From the NCBI GenBank assembly GCA_963834845.1, contig CAWICY010000004.1:2848459-2912458 (forward strand): a stretch of 64,000 bases of DNA, in the 5' to 3' direction. The notes beneath the pieces are model-generated. The model searched no databases, was not told the DNA's origin, and saw only the letters and a list, made by a program, of their open reading frames with translations. Positions within the stretch are counted from its first letter, which is position 1, and each line of letters opens with the position of its first letter. A program made the position numbers and the translations under genes. Positions 41,924-51,301 of the stretch are shown piece by piece. The DNA comes from an uncultured Pseudomonadota bacterium. GTDB lineage: Bacteria; Pseudomonadota; Gammaproteobacteria; Burkholderiales; SG8-39.

Positions 41924-42674
41924 TGCCGCGCTGCGCACCGAGGGCCTGAGCCGCTTCTTCGGCGGTCTGGCGGCGGTCGCCGACGTGTCGCTCGCCTGCG
42001 CCACGGGCGAGGTGCACGCAGTGATCGGCCCGAACGGCGCCGGCAAGTCGACGCTCATCAACATGCTATCGGGCGACCTGGCGCCGAGCGGCGGGCGCAT
42101 CGAGCTGTTCGGCGAGGACGTCACCGGGCTGCGGCCCGAGCAGGTGTCGCAGCGCGGCGTGGGGCGCAGCTACCAGAAGACCAACGTATTCCTCGGCTTC
42201 AGCGCGTTCGAGAACTGCCGCCTCGCGGCGCAGTCGCGCCTGCCGAGCTCGATGCGCTTCTTCCGCCGCGCCGAGCGCTACGAGCCGGTGAACCGCGCCG
42301 CGCGGCGCGCGCTCGAGGCAGCCGGGCTCGGCGCGCGCGGCGAGGTGAGCGCCGCGGCGCTGTCGCACGGCGAGCAGCGCCAGCTCGAGATCGCGATGAC
42401 GCTCGCCACCGAGCCGAAGGTGCTGCTGCTCGACGAACCGCTCGCCGGCATGGGAGCGGACGAGTCGGCGCGCATGGTCGAGCTTATACGCGCGCTGCGC
42501 GAGCGGCACGCCATCCTGCTGGTCGAGCACGACATGGACGCAGTGTTCGCGGTCGCCGACGTGCTCACCGTGATGGTCAACGGCAACGTGATGGCGAGCG
42601 GCATGCCAGCGGCGATCCGCGCCAACCCCGATGTGCAGCATGCCTATCTCGGCGAGGAGGCGCGCGATGAGTGA
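41916..42674 (+). CDS. ABC ATP-binding protein (LivG-like)
   Basis: GPNGAGKST, LSHGEQRQLEIA, LLLDEP. Confidence 0.85.
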   Translation: MADAALRTEGLSRFFGGLAAVADVSLACATGEVHAVIGPNGAGKSTLINMLSGDLAPSGGRIELFGEDVTGLRPEQVSQRGVGRSYQKTNVFLGFSAFENCRLAAQSRLPSSMRFFRRAERYEPVNRAARRALEAAGLGARGEVSAAALSHGEQRQLEIAMTLATEPKVLLLDEPLAGMGADESARMVELIRALRERHAILLVEHDMDAVFAVADVLTVMVNGNVMASGMPAAIRANPDVQHAYLGEEARDE

Positions 42675-43380
42675 GCTGCTGGTCGAGGCGCGCGGGCTGC
42701 ACGCCTACTACGGCGCGAGCCACATCCTGCACGGCGTCGACCTGTCGATCGGGCGCGGCGAGGCGCTCGGGCTGATGGGCAGGAACGGCATGGGCAAGAC
42801 CACACTCATCAAGACGGTGCTCGGCATCGTGCGCGCGCGCGGCGGCAGCGTGCGCGTGCGCGGCGAGGACGTGACGCGCGCGCCGACCTACCGCGTGGCG
42901 CGCCTCGGCGTCGCCTACGTGCCGGAGGGGCGTGGCATCTTCCCCAACCTGAGCGTGCGCGAGAACCTTGTCATGGCGGCGCGGCGCGGCGTCGAGGGGC
43001 GCGACGACTGGACCTACCGGCGCGTGCTGGCGACCTTCCCGCGGCTCGCCGAGCGCCTCGGGCACGGCGGCGCCCAGCTCTCGGGCGGCGAGCAGCAGAT
43101 GCTCACCATCGGCCGCGCGCTGATGACCAACCCGGAGCTGCTGATCCTCGACGAGGCTACCGAGGGCCTGGCGCCGAAGATCGCGCGCGAGATCTGGGAC
43201 ATCGTGCGGCGCGTGCGGGAGTCGGGCATCGCCACCGTCATCGTCGACAAGAACTTCGCCGCGGTCAGCGCGATCGCCGATCGCAGCATGATCCTGGTGA
43301 AGGGCGAGGTGGTGTTCGAGGGCCGCAGCGCCGACCTCAAGGCGCAGCCAGAGCTGCGCAGCCGCTACCTGGGCGTGTGA
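42667..43380 (+). CDS. ABC ATP-binding protein (LivF-like)
   Basis: GRNGMGKTT, LSGGEQQMLTIGRAL, LILDEAT. Confidence 0.85.
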   Translation: MSELLVEARGLHAYYGASHILHGVDLSIGRGEALGLMGRNGMGKTTLIKTVLGIVRARGGSVRVRGEDVTRAPTYRVARLGVAYVPEGRGIFPNLSVRENLVMAARRGVEGRDDWTYRRVLATFPRLAERLGHGGAQLSGGEQQMLTIGRALMTNPELLILDEATEGLAPKIAREIWDIVRRVRESGIATVIVDKNFAAVSAIADRSMILVKGEVVFEGRSADLKAQPELRSRYLGV

Positions 43381-44039
43381 TGCTCAGGCTCGAGCGCGTC
43401 AGCAAGCGCTTCGGCGCCCGCACCGTGCTGAACGACGTGTCGCTCGAGGTGGCGGCGGGCGAGTACGTCGCGGTGATCGGCGAATCGGGCATCGGCAAGT
43501 CCACGCTGCTGAACGTCGTCGCCGGCCTCGAGCCGCTCGACGGCGGCGCGGTGTACTTCGGCGCCGAGCGCGTCTCGACGCTCGGCGACGATGCCGCAAC
43601 GCGCCTGCGGCGCGAGCACTTCGGCTTCGTGTTCCAGGCCTTCCACGTGCTGCCGCACCTGACCGTGGCGCAGAACGTCGGCCTGCCGCTCCTTCTGCGC
43701 GGCGTCGAGGCGGTCGAGATCGAGGGCCGCGCGCGGCTGCTGATTGCGGCTGTCGGTCTCGGCGGACGCGAGCAGAGCATGCCGCGCGAGCTCTCAGGCG
43801 GCGAGCTGCAGCGCGTCGCCATCGCCCGGGCGCTGGTCGGCGACCCGCAGCTCGTGCTCGCCGACGAGCCCACCGGCAACCTCGACCCGGAGAACGCGCG
43901 CCAGGTGCTCGCCCTGTTTCGGGCCCAGGTGAAGGAGCGCGGCGCCGCCGCGATCCTCGTCACCCACTCCGAGGCCGCCGCCGCCGGCTGCGACCGGCGC
44001 TACCGCCTGACGACGGCGGGGCTGACTACGATTGCCTAG
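43377..44039 (+). CDS. ABC ATP-binding protein of the LolD/MacB/FtsE type, no cognate permease adjacent
   Basis: GESGIGKST, LSGGELQRVAIARAL, LADEPTGNLD. Confidence 0.8.
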   Translation: MMLRLERVSKRFGARTVLNDVSLEVAAGEYVAVIGESGIGKSTLLNVVAGLEPLDGGAVYFGAERVSTLGDDAATRLRREHFGFVFQAFHVLPHLTVAQNVGLPLLLRGVEAVEIEGRARLLIAAVGLGGREQSMPRELSGGELQRVAIARALVGDPQLVLADEPTGNLDPENARQVLALFRAQVKERGAAAILVTHSEAAAAGCDRRYRLTTAGLTTIA

Positions 44040-44078
44040 CTATTTGTGCAATCTGGGACTCAATAGGGGAGGACGATC

Positions 44079-44974
44079 TTGATCATCGACATGAGGCGCC
44101 TCGCACTGCTCGCATTCGTCTTCGTCGGATGCCTTTTCGCGTGGCATGCTCCCGCCGCCGCTGCGGGCGATGTCGCCTATGTCACCAACCAAGGCGACGG
44201 CGTTGCGGTACTCGACACCAGGACCCTGACGGCGGTCGCACGGATCACCGTCGGGCCCGGTATGAGCCGTCGTCTCGCGGCAAGCCGTCGGCCGCGACAG
44301 CGGGCGAATCGAACGAGGCGGCAATTCCCGCCGAAGTCGCGGTCACCGATCTGCGGAAATGTACCGTGGTCGGTCGCATGAAGGCAGCTTTCGAGACCGA
44401 AGGCATCGAATTCTCGCCCGATCCGATGTTCGTGGTCGTCGCGAATGAAGGTGACAATACGATTGCCGTCTACGACCTCGCGGCCCTCCGGAAGGTGAAG
44501 ACAATCGATGTCTCGCCCTTCGGCGATCGCCCGCGCGGGATCAAGCTCTCACCGAACCGGAAGAGCTACGTCGTGACGCTGGAGAACTCGAACAACTTCC
44601 TGCTGATGGACCTCGGATTCAACGTCGTCAAATCCGTGCCGACGGCCAAGGGCCCGTATGGCGTCGCGTTCGACCCCGAGGGTCGACAGATCTGGATCGC
44701 CTCGGCCCGGGGCCGGGAGCTGCAGGTCTTCGATGCCACGAGCCTCGCGCAGGTGGCTTCAATCCCGGTGGGCAAGCGCTGCTGGCATTTCAGCTTCACG
44801 CCCGACGCCCGGAAGCTGCTACTCGCCTGCGGACGATCGAACGCGGTCGAGGTCATCGACCCGAAGGCTTACAAGGTGATCGACGTCCTGCAAGGTTGTA
44901 AGCTGGCGTGGGGCATCGTCACCTATCCGAAATCCGCGGGGAGTCTAGATGCCCCCGCCTCGGCGACGCGATAG
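44079..44974 (+). pseudogene. YVTN-type beta-propeller protein associated with PQQ-dehydrogenase clusters, frameshifted
   Basis: The signal peptide and first blade (DVAYVTNQGDGVAVLD) are in the frame of 44079. Remaining blades are in the frame of 44129. The switch is near 44285-44295. Confidence 0.65.
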
Positions 44975-45038
44975 CGGGCTTCTGCCCGGGACGTCGAAGC
45001 GCGACGGCGTGCCCAACGCTGTCCGCCGCGCGATCGGT

Positions 45039-45611
45039 TCAAGCCGGCTGACGGGATGCCCTAGAGGGCCACATTCGCTCGAAGACGCCGTCGCGGTCAA
45101 TCAGCTTGTGCTTCAGCGCCGCGGCGACGTGCAGCGCGACGAGCGCGGCGAGCAGCCAGGCGGTGCCCAGGTGCAATGCGCTGAACAGGTCTTTAAGCGC
45201 CGGCGAATCCCAGCCCCAGTTCGGCAGCGCGACGCCGAAGTATCTGATCGGATAGCGGGTGAACGACGATCCCAGGTAGCCCCAGATCGGTTGCAGGATG
45301 AGTAGTGCGTAAAGCAACGCATGATTCGCGCCGGCGGCCTTGCGCTGCCAGGCCGGCATCCCCTGGGGCAGCGGCGCCGGCCGATGCTGCCAGCGCCATG
45401 CAAGACGCGCGATCATCAGCACAGCGACCGTCAGACCAATCGATTTATGCAGATTGAACCAGTCGGCGCGGAGGCCGGGAGGGGATTTGGGGATGCTCAG
45501 CATCCACCACCCGAGCGCAATCTGCCCGAACACCAGCACGGCCACCAGCCAATGCAAAGCGCGGGAGACGGGGTGATGAGGCCGATTCGGGTCCATGCTC
45601 GGAATTCCCAC
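45039..45611 (-). CDS. cytochrome b561 family protein
   Basis: Four TM helices with conserved His (HWLVA..., NLHKSIG, HLGTAW). Confidence 0.75.
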   Translation of the reverse strand: MGIPSMDPNRPHHPVSRALHWLVAVLVFGQIALGWWMLSIPKSPPGLRADWFNLHKSIGLTVAVLMIARLAWRWQHRPAPLPQGMPAWQRKAAGANHALLYALLILQPIWGYLGSSFTRYPIRYFGVALPNWGWDSPALKDLFSALHLGTAWLLAALVALHVAAALKHKLIDRDGVFERMWPSRASRQPA

Positions 45612-45875
45612 AAGGCGCGCAGTCTACCTGCGGACGGCCACCTGCGCTTGACCGCTAAAGACCTCCGATCAAGTGGATTGTGCATTGCGTCGAAGAGACT
45701 TCCGGGCGAGGATCGCAATTGTTGGTTGCTGCGAAGCCGGGTATGGTAACGTTTCGTCGGTGGAAGATCGGCGATTGGGGCAGTCCAGCAGCAGCGGCAA
45801 CAACGCCTCAATCCCATCGACTTGGTGGCCTCGAAGCAACGGGGAAGTCCACTCATCAGGGAGGAGGAGTAAACA

Positions 45876-47540
45876 ATGAAAATTGCGCCGCTCATTGCGA
45901 GCATTGCGCTCGCTGTTCCTGTCACTTCATTCGCACAGTCGGACAGCGAACTCGCACGAGGGTCCGTCGCCACCGGCAGCGTGCTGAACTACGGCATGGG
46001 CTACGATCTGCAGCGCTACAGCCCGCTTACGCAGATTAACGTCAGAAACGTCCGCAAGCTGGTCCCGGTCTGGAACTACAGCCTGGACGACAACCGCAGC
46101 GAGGAATCCCAGCCGCTTGTCTACAAGGGCGTGCTGTATATCACCACGCACGCCATGACCGCCGCAGTCGATGTCAAGACCGGAACCGAAATTTGGAAGA
46201 CCAAACTCGAGTACCCGGCCGACGTGCCGCGCGTCGTGTGTTGCGGCATCATCAATCGCGGCGCCGCGATCTACGACGGCAAGCTCTTCCGCACCACGCT
46301 CGACGCCCACGTGATTGCTCTGGACGCGGCTACCGGCAAGGAACTGTGGCGCGAGAAGGCGGCGGACTATAAGGTCGGGTTCACGATGACTATGACGCCG
46401 TTGGTCGCTGACGGCGTCGTGATCACCGGCATCTCCGGCGCCGAATTCGGGACGCGCGATTTCATTGACGGTTGGGATCCGGGCACCGGCAAGCATCTCT
46501 GGCGCACCTACACCATCCCGGAGCCCAACGAACCGGGCGGCAACACTTGGCCCGGCGATACCTGGAAATACGGCGGCGGCTCCACCTGGATAACAGGCTC
46601 TTACGATCCTGAGTTGAAGACCGTGTACTGGGGCGTCGGCAATCCGGGGCCGTTCAACGCCGCGGTGCGTCCGGGCGACAACCTCTATACCTGTTCGGTG
46701 CTCGCGCTCGACCCGAAGACCGGCAAGATAAAGTGGCACTACCAGTTTTCGCCGAATAATCCGTACGACTACGACGCGGTCGCGGAGATGGTGCTCGCGA
46801 CCCGCACGGTCAAGGGCAAACCGACCAAGGTCATACTGAACGCGAATCGCAACGGGTTCTTCTACGTGCTCGATCGCACCAACGGCGAGCTGATCGCGGC
46901 CAACCCGTACGTCAAGGTCAACTGGGCGAGCGGGGTCGACATGGCCACCGGACGGCCGATCGAGACTGACGTCACCGCGAAAGCGCGCGCCGGAGAGAAG
47001 GTCACGATCTTTCCCTCGATCCTTGGCGGGAAGAACTGGATGCCCATGTCGTATAACCCGAAGACCGGGTTGGCGTATGCCAATACGCTCGCCTTCGGCG
47101 GCCACTACAAGGCGGTTCCGGCCGAATACAAGGCGGGCGAGTGGTACGTCGGCATGGACCTGTCGGACTTGTGGGAGTGGGGCGATGGCCCGCGTGGTCA
47201 CTTGAAGGCGATCGACCCGATGACCGGCAAGTCCAAATGGGAAGTGCCGAGCGATATACCTCGTTTCTCGGGCGTGCTCTCGACAGCGGGCGGCGTTGTG
47301 TTCACGGGACGCCTCACGGGAGAATTCGAGGCCTTCGATGCGAAGTCGGGCAAGAAGCTCTGGCAGTTCAAGATGGGATCCGGAATCGAGGGACAACCCG
47401 TGACCTGGGAGCAGGACGGCGTGCAGTACGTCGCCGTCACGAGCGGGATCGGCGGCGTGTACTCCCTGTTTTCCGGCGACGCGCGGCTGGCCAAGGTCCC
47501 GGCCGGCGGTTCACTTTGGGTATTCGCGCTACAGAAATAG
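45876..47540 (+). CDS. PQQ-dependent dehydrogenase, methanol/ethanol family, with DYD lanthanide-type signature
   Basis: Signal peptide, vicinal cysteines VVCCG, SGAEFG, WKYGGGSTW, NPYDYDAV. Confidence 0.85.
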   Translation: MKIAPLIASIALAVPVTSFAQSDSELARGSVATGSVLNYGMGYDLQRYSPLTQINVRNVRKLVPVWNYSLDDNRSEESQPLVYKGVLYITTHAMTAAVDVKTGTEIWKTKLEYPADVPRVVCCGIINRGAAIYDGKLFRTTLDAHVIALDAATGKELWREKAADYKVGFTMTMTPLVADGVVITGISGAEFGTRDFIDGWDPGTGKHLWRTYTIPEPNEPGGNTWPGDTWKYGGGSTWITGSYDPELKTVYWGVGNPGPFNAAVRPGDNLYTCSVLALDPKTGKIKWHYQFSPNNPYDYDAVAEMVLATRTVKGKPTKVILNANRNGFFYVLDRTNGELIAANPYVKVNWASGVDMATGRPIETDVTAKARAGEKVTIFPSILGGKNWMPMSYNPKTGLAYANTLAFGGHYKAVPAEYKAGEWYVGMDLSDLWEWGDGPRGHLKAIDPMTGKSKWEVPSDIPRFSGVLSTAGGVVFTGRLTGEFEAFDAKSGKKLWQFKMGSGIEGQPVTWEQDGVQYVAVTSGIGGVYSLFSGDARLAKVPAGGSLWVFALQK

Positions 47541-47626
47541 CCGCGGGCCGAGTTGTCGAAAGATCCGGGCGCGTTTCGTCCGAAGCGCGCCCGGGTCGCT
47601 TCCACGGAACCAGCGTATCGTGTGAC

Positions 47627-47986
47627 ATGCTGCGGGCGATGCTTGTTTCTTCCGCCCTGATGTTCGGCATTGCGGCGCTAGCAGGAGAACCGCAGGTGAC
47701 CGATGCGCCGAAATCCGCGGACGGCGCGCAGGCGCTTGCGATGTCATCGATCGACCAGGGGCGTGCACTTTACGCTCGTCATTGCTCGCACTGCCATGGC
47801 TTTAACATGGTCAATCCCGGAACCATCTCGTACGACTTGCGCAAGTTTCCCAAGGACAACGAGGCGCGGTTTCTCAATTCGGTGACCAACGGCAAGAACG
47901 GCCGCATGCCGCCGTGGGAAGGCGTGCTCTCGCGAGCGGAAATGGAGCAGATATGGGCTTATGTCGTAAGCGGGGGCAAGCAGTGA
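47627..47986 (+). CDS. small monohaem cytochrome c, likely electron acceptor of the quinoprotein
   Basis: Signal peptide and CSHCHG. ATG at 47627 inside track ORF 47141..47986. Confidence 0.75.
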   Translation: MLRAMLVSSALMFGIAALAGEPQVTDAPKSADGAQALAMSSIDQGRALYARHCSHCHGFNMVNPGTISYDLRKFPKDNEARFLNSVTNGKNGRMPPWEGVLSRAEMEQIWAYVVSGGKQ

Positions 47987-48906
47987 ATCGCTTCGTCGCG
48001 GCAGGGCTGCTAGTCGCCGCTGCCCTCGCCTCGGTACGCGCGGCGGGGGGGGACCGCCCGCTCCGCGTCTGCATGGACGAGAATGCGCCGCCCTATTCGG
48101 TTGCGCGCGGCGCCTCCGGCAGCGGCTTCGATGTCGCTCTCGCGGGCGCGCTCGCGGGCCGTCTCGGCCGACCCCTCGCGATCCAGTGGTTCGAGACCGA
48201 ATTCGACGAGGATTCGAGCCCGAAGCTTGAACTGAACGCGTTGCTGTCGGACGGGCGCTGCGACCTGGTCGCTGCGTATCCGCTTTCTGTGGACACGCTC
48301 GGCAAGCCGGGCCTCAAGACCGCGCGCCTGCCGGACTTCAGGGGAGCGGTTGCCAGGGATCGGCGCCGCCGCGTCGATCTTGGAGTGCTCGTGCCGAGTC
48401 GTCCCTACCAGAGGGCGCCGCTCACGCTGCTGCTTGCTCCGCAGATCGTGCAGCGCCGCGTCGCCAGCCTCGCCGATATCGCCGACCTGCGCATCGGTGT
48501 GGTAGGCGGAACCTTCGCCGACGCGATCCTGATGCTGTACCACAAGGGCGAGCTGATCAATCGCATCACGCACTATCCGCGCGGCCGCGACGTATTGCTC
48601 GCCGGGCTGGAAGCAGGTGAGATCGACGCTGCGCTCGTCGCTCTGCACCGCTTTGACGCCTATCGCCGGGAGCACCCGAATACGCGGCTGCGGGGTACGG
48701 GCTTCAACTACCCGCTCGCCTTGAATCTCGGATATGTCGCGCTGTCCGATAACGCTGCGCTGCTCGATCGCGTCAACACCGCGCTCGATTCGATGCTGGC
48801 GTCCGGCGAGGTCGCCGCGGTCGCCAAGGCAGCCGGCGTCACCTACGTGGCGCCCGCCGAGCCGTTCGTATCGCCCGGCATCACATTCAAGCAGATCGAG
48901 AATTAG
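47983..48906 (+). CDS. MoxJ/XoxJ-like periplasmic binding protein
   Basis: GTGA overlap with the cytochrome stop. Signal peptide NRFVAAGLLVAAALASVRA. Solute-binding family 3-like sequence. Alternative ATG at 47953. Confidence 0.65.
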   Translation: MNRFVAAGLLVAAALASVRAAGGDRPLRVCMDENAPPYSVARGASGSGFDVALAGALAGRLGRPLAIQWFETEFDEDSSPKLELNALLSDGRCDLVAAYPLSVDTLGKPGLKTARLPDFRGAVARDRRRRVDLGVLVPSRPYQRAPLTLLLAPQIVQRRVASLADIADLRIGVVGGTFADAILMLYHKGELINRITHYPRGRDVLLAGLEAGEIDAALVALHRFDAYRREHPNTRLRGTGFNYPLALNLGYVALSDNAALLDRVNTALDSMLASGEVAAVAKAAGVTYVAPAEPFVSPGITFKQIEN

Positions 48907-48924
48907 TCGGACAAGGAGCAAACG

Positions 48925-49653
48925 ATGCGAGCGAAGACAGTAAGCAGACGGAAGACGCCCGTGTCGCGAACGCTTCACGCGGTGCGCTTTCCGGGCGAGA
49001 ACAAGGCGTACCGCGCGGCACGTAACGGACTGCTGCGCGCAGAGGTCGATCTGCGGCGACGCATCGAAGCCGTGGCAGCGCTGCGGCGCAAGCTGCCGCT
49101 CGGCGGCCCGGTACCGGAGGACTATGTGTTCGAGGAGATCTCCGACGCCAACGTGCGCCGCGTGAAGCTTTCGGAACTTTTTGCGCCCGGCAAGAATACG
49201 CTTGCCGTTTACAGCTTCATGTACGGCCCGAACATGGCGCACGCATGTCCGCTGTGCACGTCAATGCTGGATAGCCTCGATGGCGCGGCGACGCACCTCG
49301 CGCAGCGCATCAGCTTGGCGGTGGTCGCGAAATCGCCCATCGCGCGCATCCACGAATTCGCGCGGAGCCGCGGCTGGCGCAACCTGCGGCTCGTTTCATC
49401 GGCCGGCAACAGCTACAACGCCGATTACCATGGCGAGACCCCACAGGGCGCGCAGCTGCCGATGCTCAACGTCTTCGGCCTGGATCGGGGCCGGATTCGC
49501 CACACCTACGCAACCGAACTGCTGTTCATGCCCGGCGAAAGGGGCCAAAGCCCCCGTCACGTTGATTCCATCTGGCCGTTGTGGAATGTCCTCGACTTCA
49601 CGCGGGAAGGTCGGGGGAAGAGTTGGTACCCGGGACTGAACTACGATGCGTGA
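48925..49653 (+). CDS. DUF899 thioredoxin-like protein
   Basis: Family-level resemblance (VYSFMYGP...CPLCTS). Confidence 0.6.
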   Translation: MRAKTVSRRKTPVSRTLHAVRFPGENKAYRAARNGLLRAEVDLRRRIEAVAALRRKLPLGGPVPEDYVFEEISDANVRRVKLSELFAPGKNTLAVYSFMYGPNMAHACPLCTSMLDSLDGAATHLAQRISLAVVAKSPIARIHEFARSRGWRNLRLVSSAGNSYNADYHGETPQGAQLPMLNVFGLDRGRIRHTYATELLFMPGERGQSPRHVDSIWPLWNVLDFTREGRGKSWYPGLNYDA

Positions 49654-49671
49654 TATCTCCCAGCCTGAGGC

Positions 49672-50187
49672 CTATGCCCCATGGCGCTGGATGCTCGCCT
49701 CCATGCGCGGCGGCGTGCGCAGCGTCTGGAAGATGACGCAATAGCGCTCGGTCTGCCGAAGCAGCATTGCAAGCTGTTCATCGCTGGCATCCGAGTCAAT
49801 CTCGAAGCGTAGTCTGATGTCCGTTACGCCGACGGGTACGTCTTTGGCGATTCCGAGCGTGCCGCGAAAGTCCCCGTCGCCTTCGACGATCACCTTCGCC
49901 GAGCGGAACGGAATGTTCATGGCGGTCGCGACCACGTTGAACGTAACCCCGGCGCAAGCGGCCAGCGCTTCAAGCAGCATGTCGCCCGAACAGGCCTCAC
50001 GGCCATCGCCGCCGGCAGCCGGGTGGAGCCCGGCATCGATCGTGGCGAAGCGGGATTCGATGCGACAGCTCGGGCGGTCGGGGAGCAAAGTCCCAATCGC
50101 CGTGAAAGTCCGTTTCGCCGCGGCGGGGTTGTCCCTGTACAGCGCTTTGAACGGCGCCTGAAGCTGCCTCAATTCATCGGCTTTCAT
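49672..50187 (-). CDS. OsmC family protein
   Basis: ATG at 50187 inside track ORF 49672..50571. ACSGDMLLEALAACAG and TERYCVIFQTL cysteine motifs. Confidence 0.75.
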   Translation of the reverse strand: MKADELRQLQAPFKALYRDNPAAAKRTFTAIGTLLPDRPSCRIESRFATIDAGLHPAAGGDGREACSGDMLLEALAACAGVTFNVVATAMNIPFRSAKVIVEGDGDFRGTLGIAKDVPVGVTDIRLRFEIDSDASDEQLAMLLRQTERYCVIFQTLRTPPRMEASIQRHGA

Positions 50188-50210
50188 TGTTGTCGGAAGC
50201 TCCCTGTATT

Positions 50211-50641
50211 TCAGTACGGTGCGAGATTGCCCGCAGACCGGCACACTACCAGACGGTACCCGTATTTGCGGCATTTGCCCCGCCGCGATGACGCCCATGA
50301 GCGTGACCTGCCGGCGGCAATACAACCCGAGCGATTGGCGAGACCGGGATCCAGCTGCGTTGCGCCCTTTGCATCGAACTGGGCGCGCACGCCCGCGTCG
50401 GCCTGGCGCGTGACGGTCACAATGACGTCGATTCCGTCCTTGGTGCCGCGAATGAGACCCGCCGCCGGGTCCGCCGAGGTGACCTGCACGCCCGCGTCTT
50501 GCACCCCCCCAGCGCCGCATTCCAGGCGCGGTCGAATGCCGGCGCGCCGGCGTACGCCGGCACCGGCTCATAGACCACGCAGCTCGCAGCCAGAATGCTC
50601 GCGAGCGTGACCGAAAGGATGGCGACTATAGTTCGTGACAT
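50211..50641 (-). pseudogene. small lipoprotein gene broken by a frameshift in a G7 (plus-strand C7) run
   Basis: Lipobox ILAASC after MSRTIVAILSVTLAS. The reading frame changes at 50504-50510. One extra G gives ...AALGGVQDAGVQVTSADP... Confidence 0.5.
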
Positions 50642-50685
50642 GCTCGTACTTTGTCTTCTTTGATGAGTTGACGGTTGCGGCCGGC

Positions 50686-50970
50686 CCTGAACCGTCCACT
50701 TACCCGCTATTGCTCGCAGGCCTAGGGCGACTTGGATTGGAGACGCGGCGGAGGGTAAGGTCGCAGCTCTGCCAGTTTCCGCCGTTGTATTAAGTGGATT
50801 CTGAATGTCCGCGTCTGGTTCCAATTGCAGCCAGTCAAGTTGAAAACGCAATCTGGAAAAAGTAACTCCAACCCTGAGTTCACCTGATCTGCCAAGTTCG
50901 CCCGGTAGTCCCCGTTCCGCATACCCCGGCCTGGCACGCACGGGTCTTCACTGCGCCAACGCATTCAGGA
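50686..50970. repeat. copy 1 of a 105-nt repeat, interrupted by a 180-nt insertion
   Basis: 50686-50708 and 50889-50970 match 53987-54009 and 54010-54091. There is 1 mismatch in the first part and none in the 82-nt part. Confidence 0.85.
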
Positions 50971-51235
50971 ACGGCATTGGCTTGGCGGGCCGCCAGGTAG
51001 TGACGCCCGGTTCGTGCACGCGCCGGGCCATGAGACGATCCGGGTGGGCCAGCTCGGTGCGTCGGCGGCGGCGCGTCGCGCGGCATATGACGGCCAGGTC
51101 TCCTGCGGCATTCCCGGCCATGATCATCCGGGCACGGAATATGTAGCCTCGCTCGCCATGCATGACGGTCCGCTGCAGTGGGACTACGAGGAACGCTGCG
51201 GCTTCGCCACGGATTTCCACTATCAAGGCTGACAA
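50948..51235 (-). CDS. hypothetical 95-aa ORF whose last 7 codons lie in the repeat
   Basis: Open frame with moderately high third-position G+C. I recognise no family. Ends in FLNALAQ. Confidence 0.25.
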   Translation of the reverse strand: MSALIVEIRGEAAAFLVVPLQRTVMHGERGYIFRARMIMAGNAAGDLAVICRATRRRRRTELAHPDRLMARRVHEPGVTTWRPAKPMPFLNALAQ

Positions 51236-51301
51236 TCAAGCCCTGCCCGCATCGGGGGTAACATACGCCGGCAACGCGCCTCGAGGAGGGGCCGATACCG
51301 G

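Noticed and set aside
42661-43320. The same kind of discrepancy occurs in the opposite direction. A c required by the track peptides (…GEEARDE-stop and …RRRAMSELL) is missing at the start of line 42661. An extra g appears at 43320/43321, where the track needs gag ggc cgc agc.
   Set aside because: The breakpoints again sit on line boundaries and compensate each other. The livG-like and livF-like genes are intact in the ORF track, so I did not call frameshifts here.
45823-45838. Possible sigma-54 promoter TGGTGGCCTCGAAGCA, 38 nt upstream of the PQQ-dehydrogenase start (GG and GC spaced 10 nt apart).
   Set aside because: Only the GG/GC dinucleotides match. The flanking consensus positions (TGGCAC, TTGCA) are mostly wrong, which is too weak to annotate.
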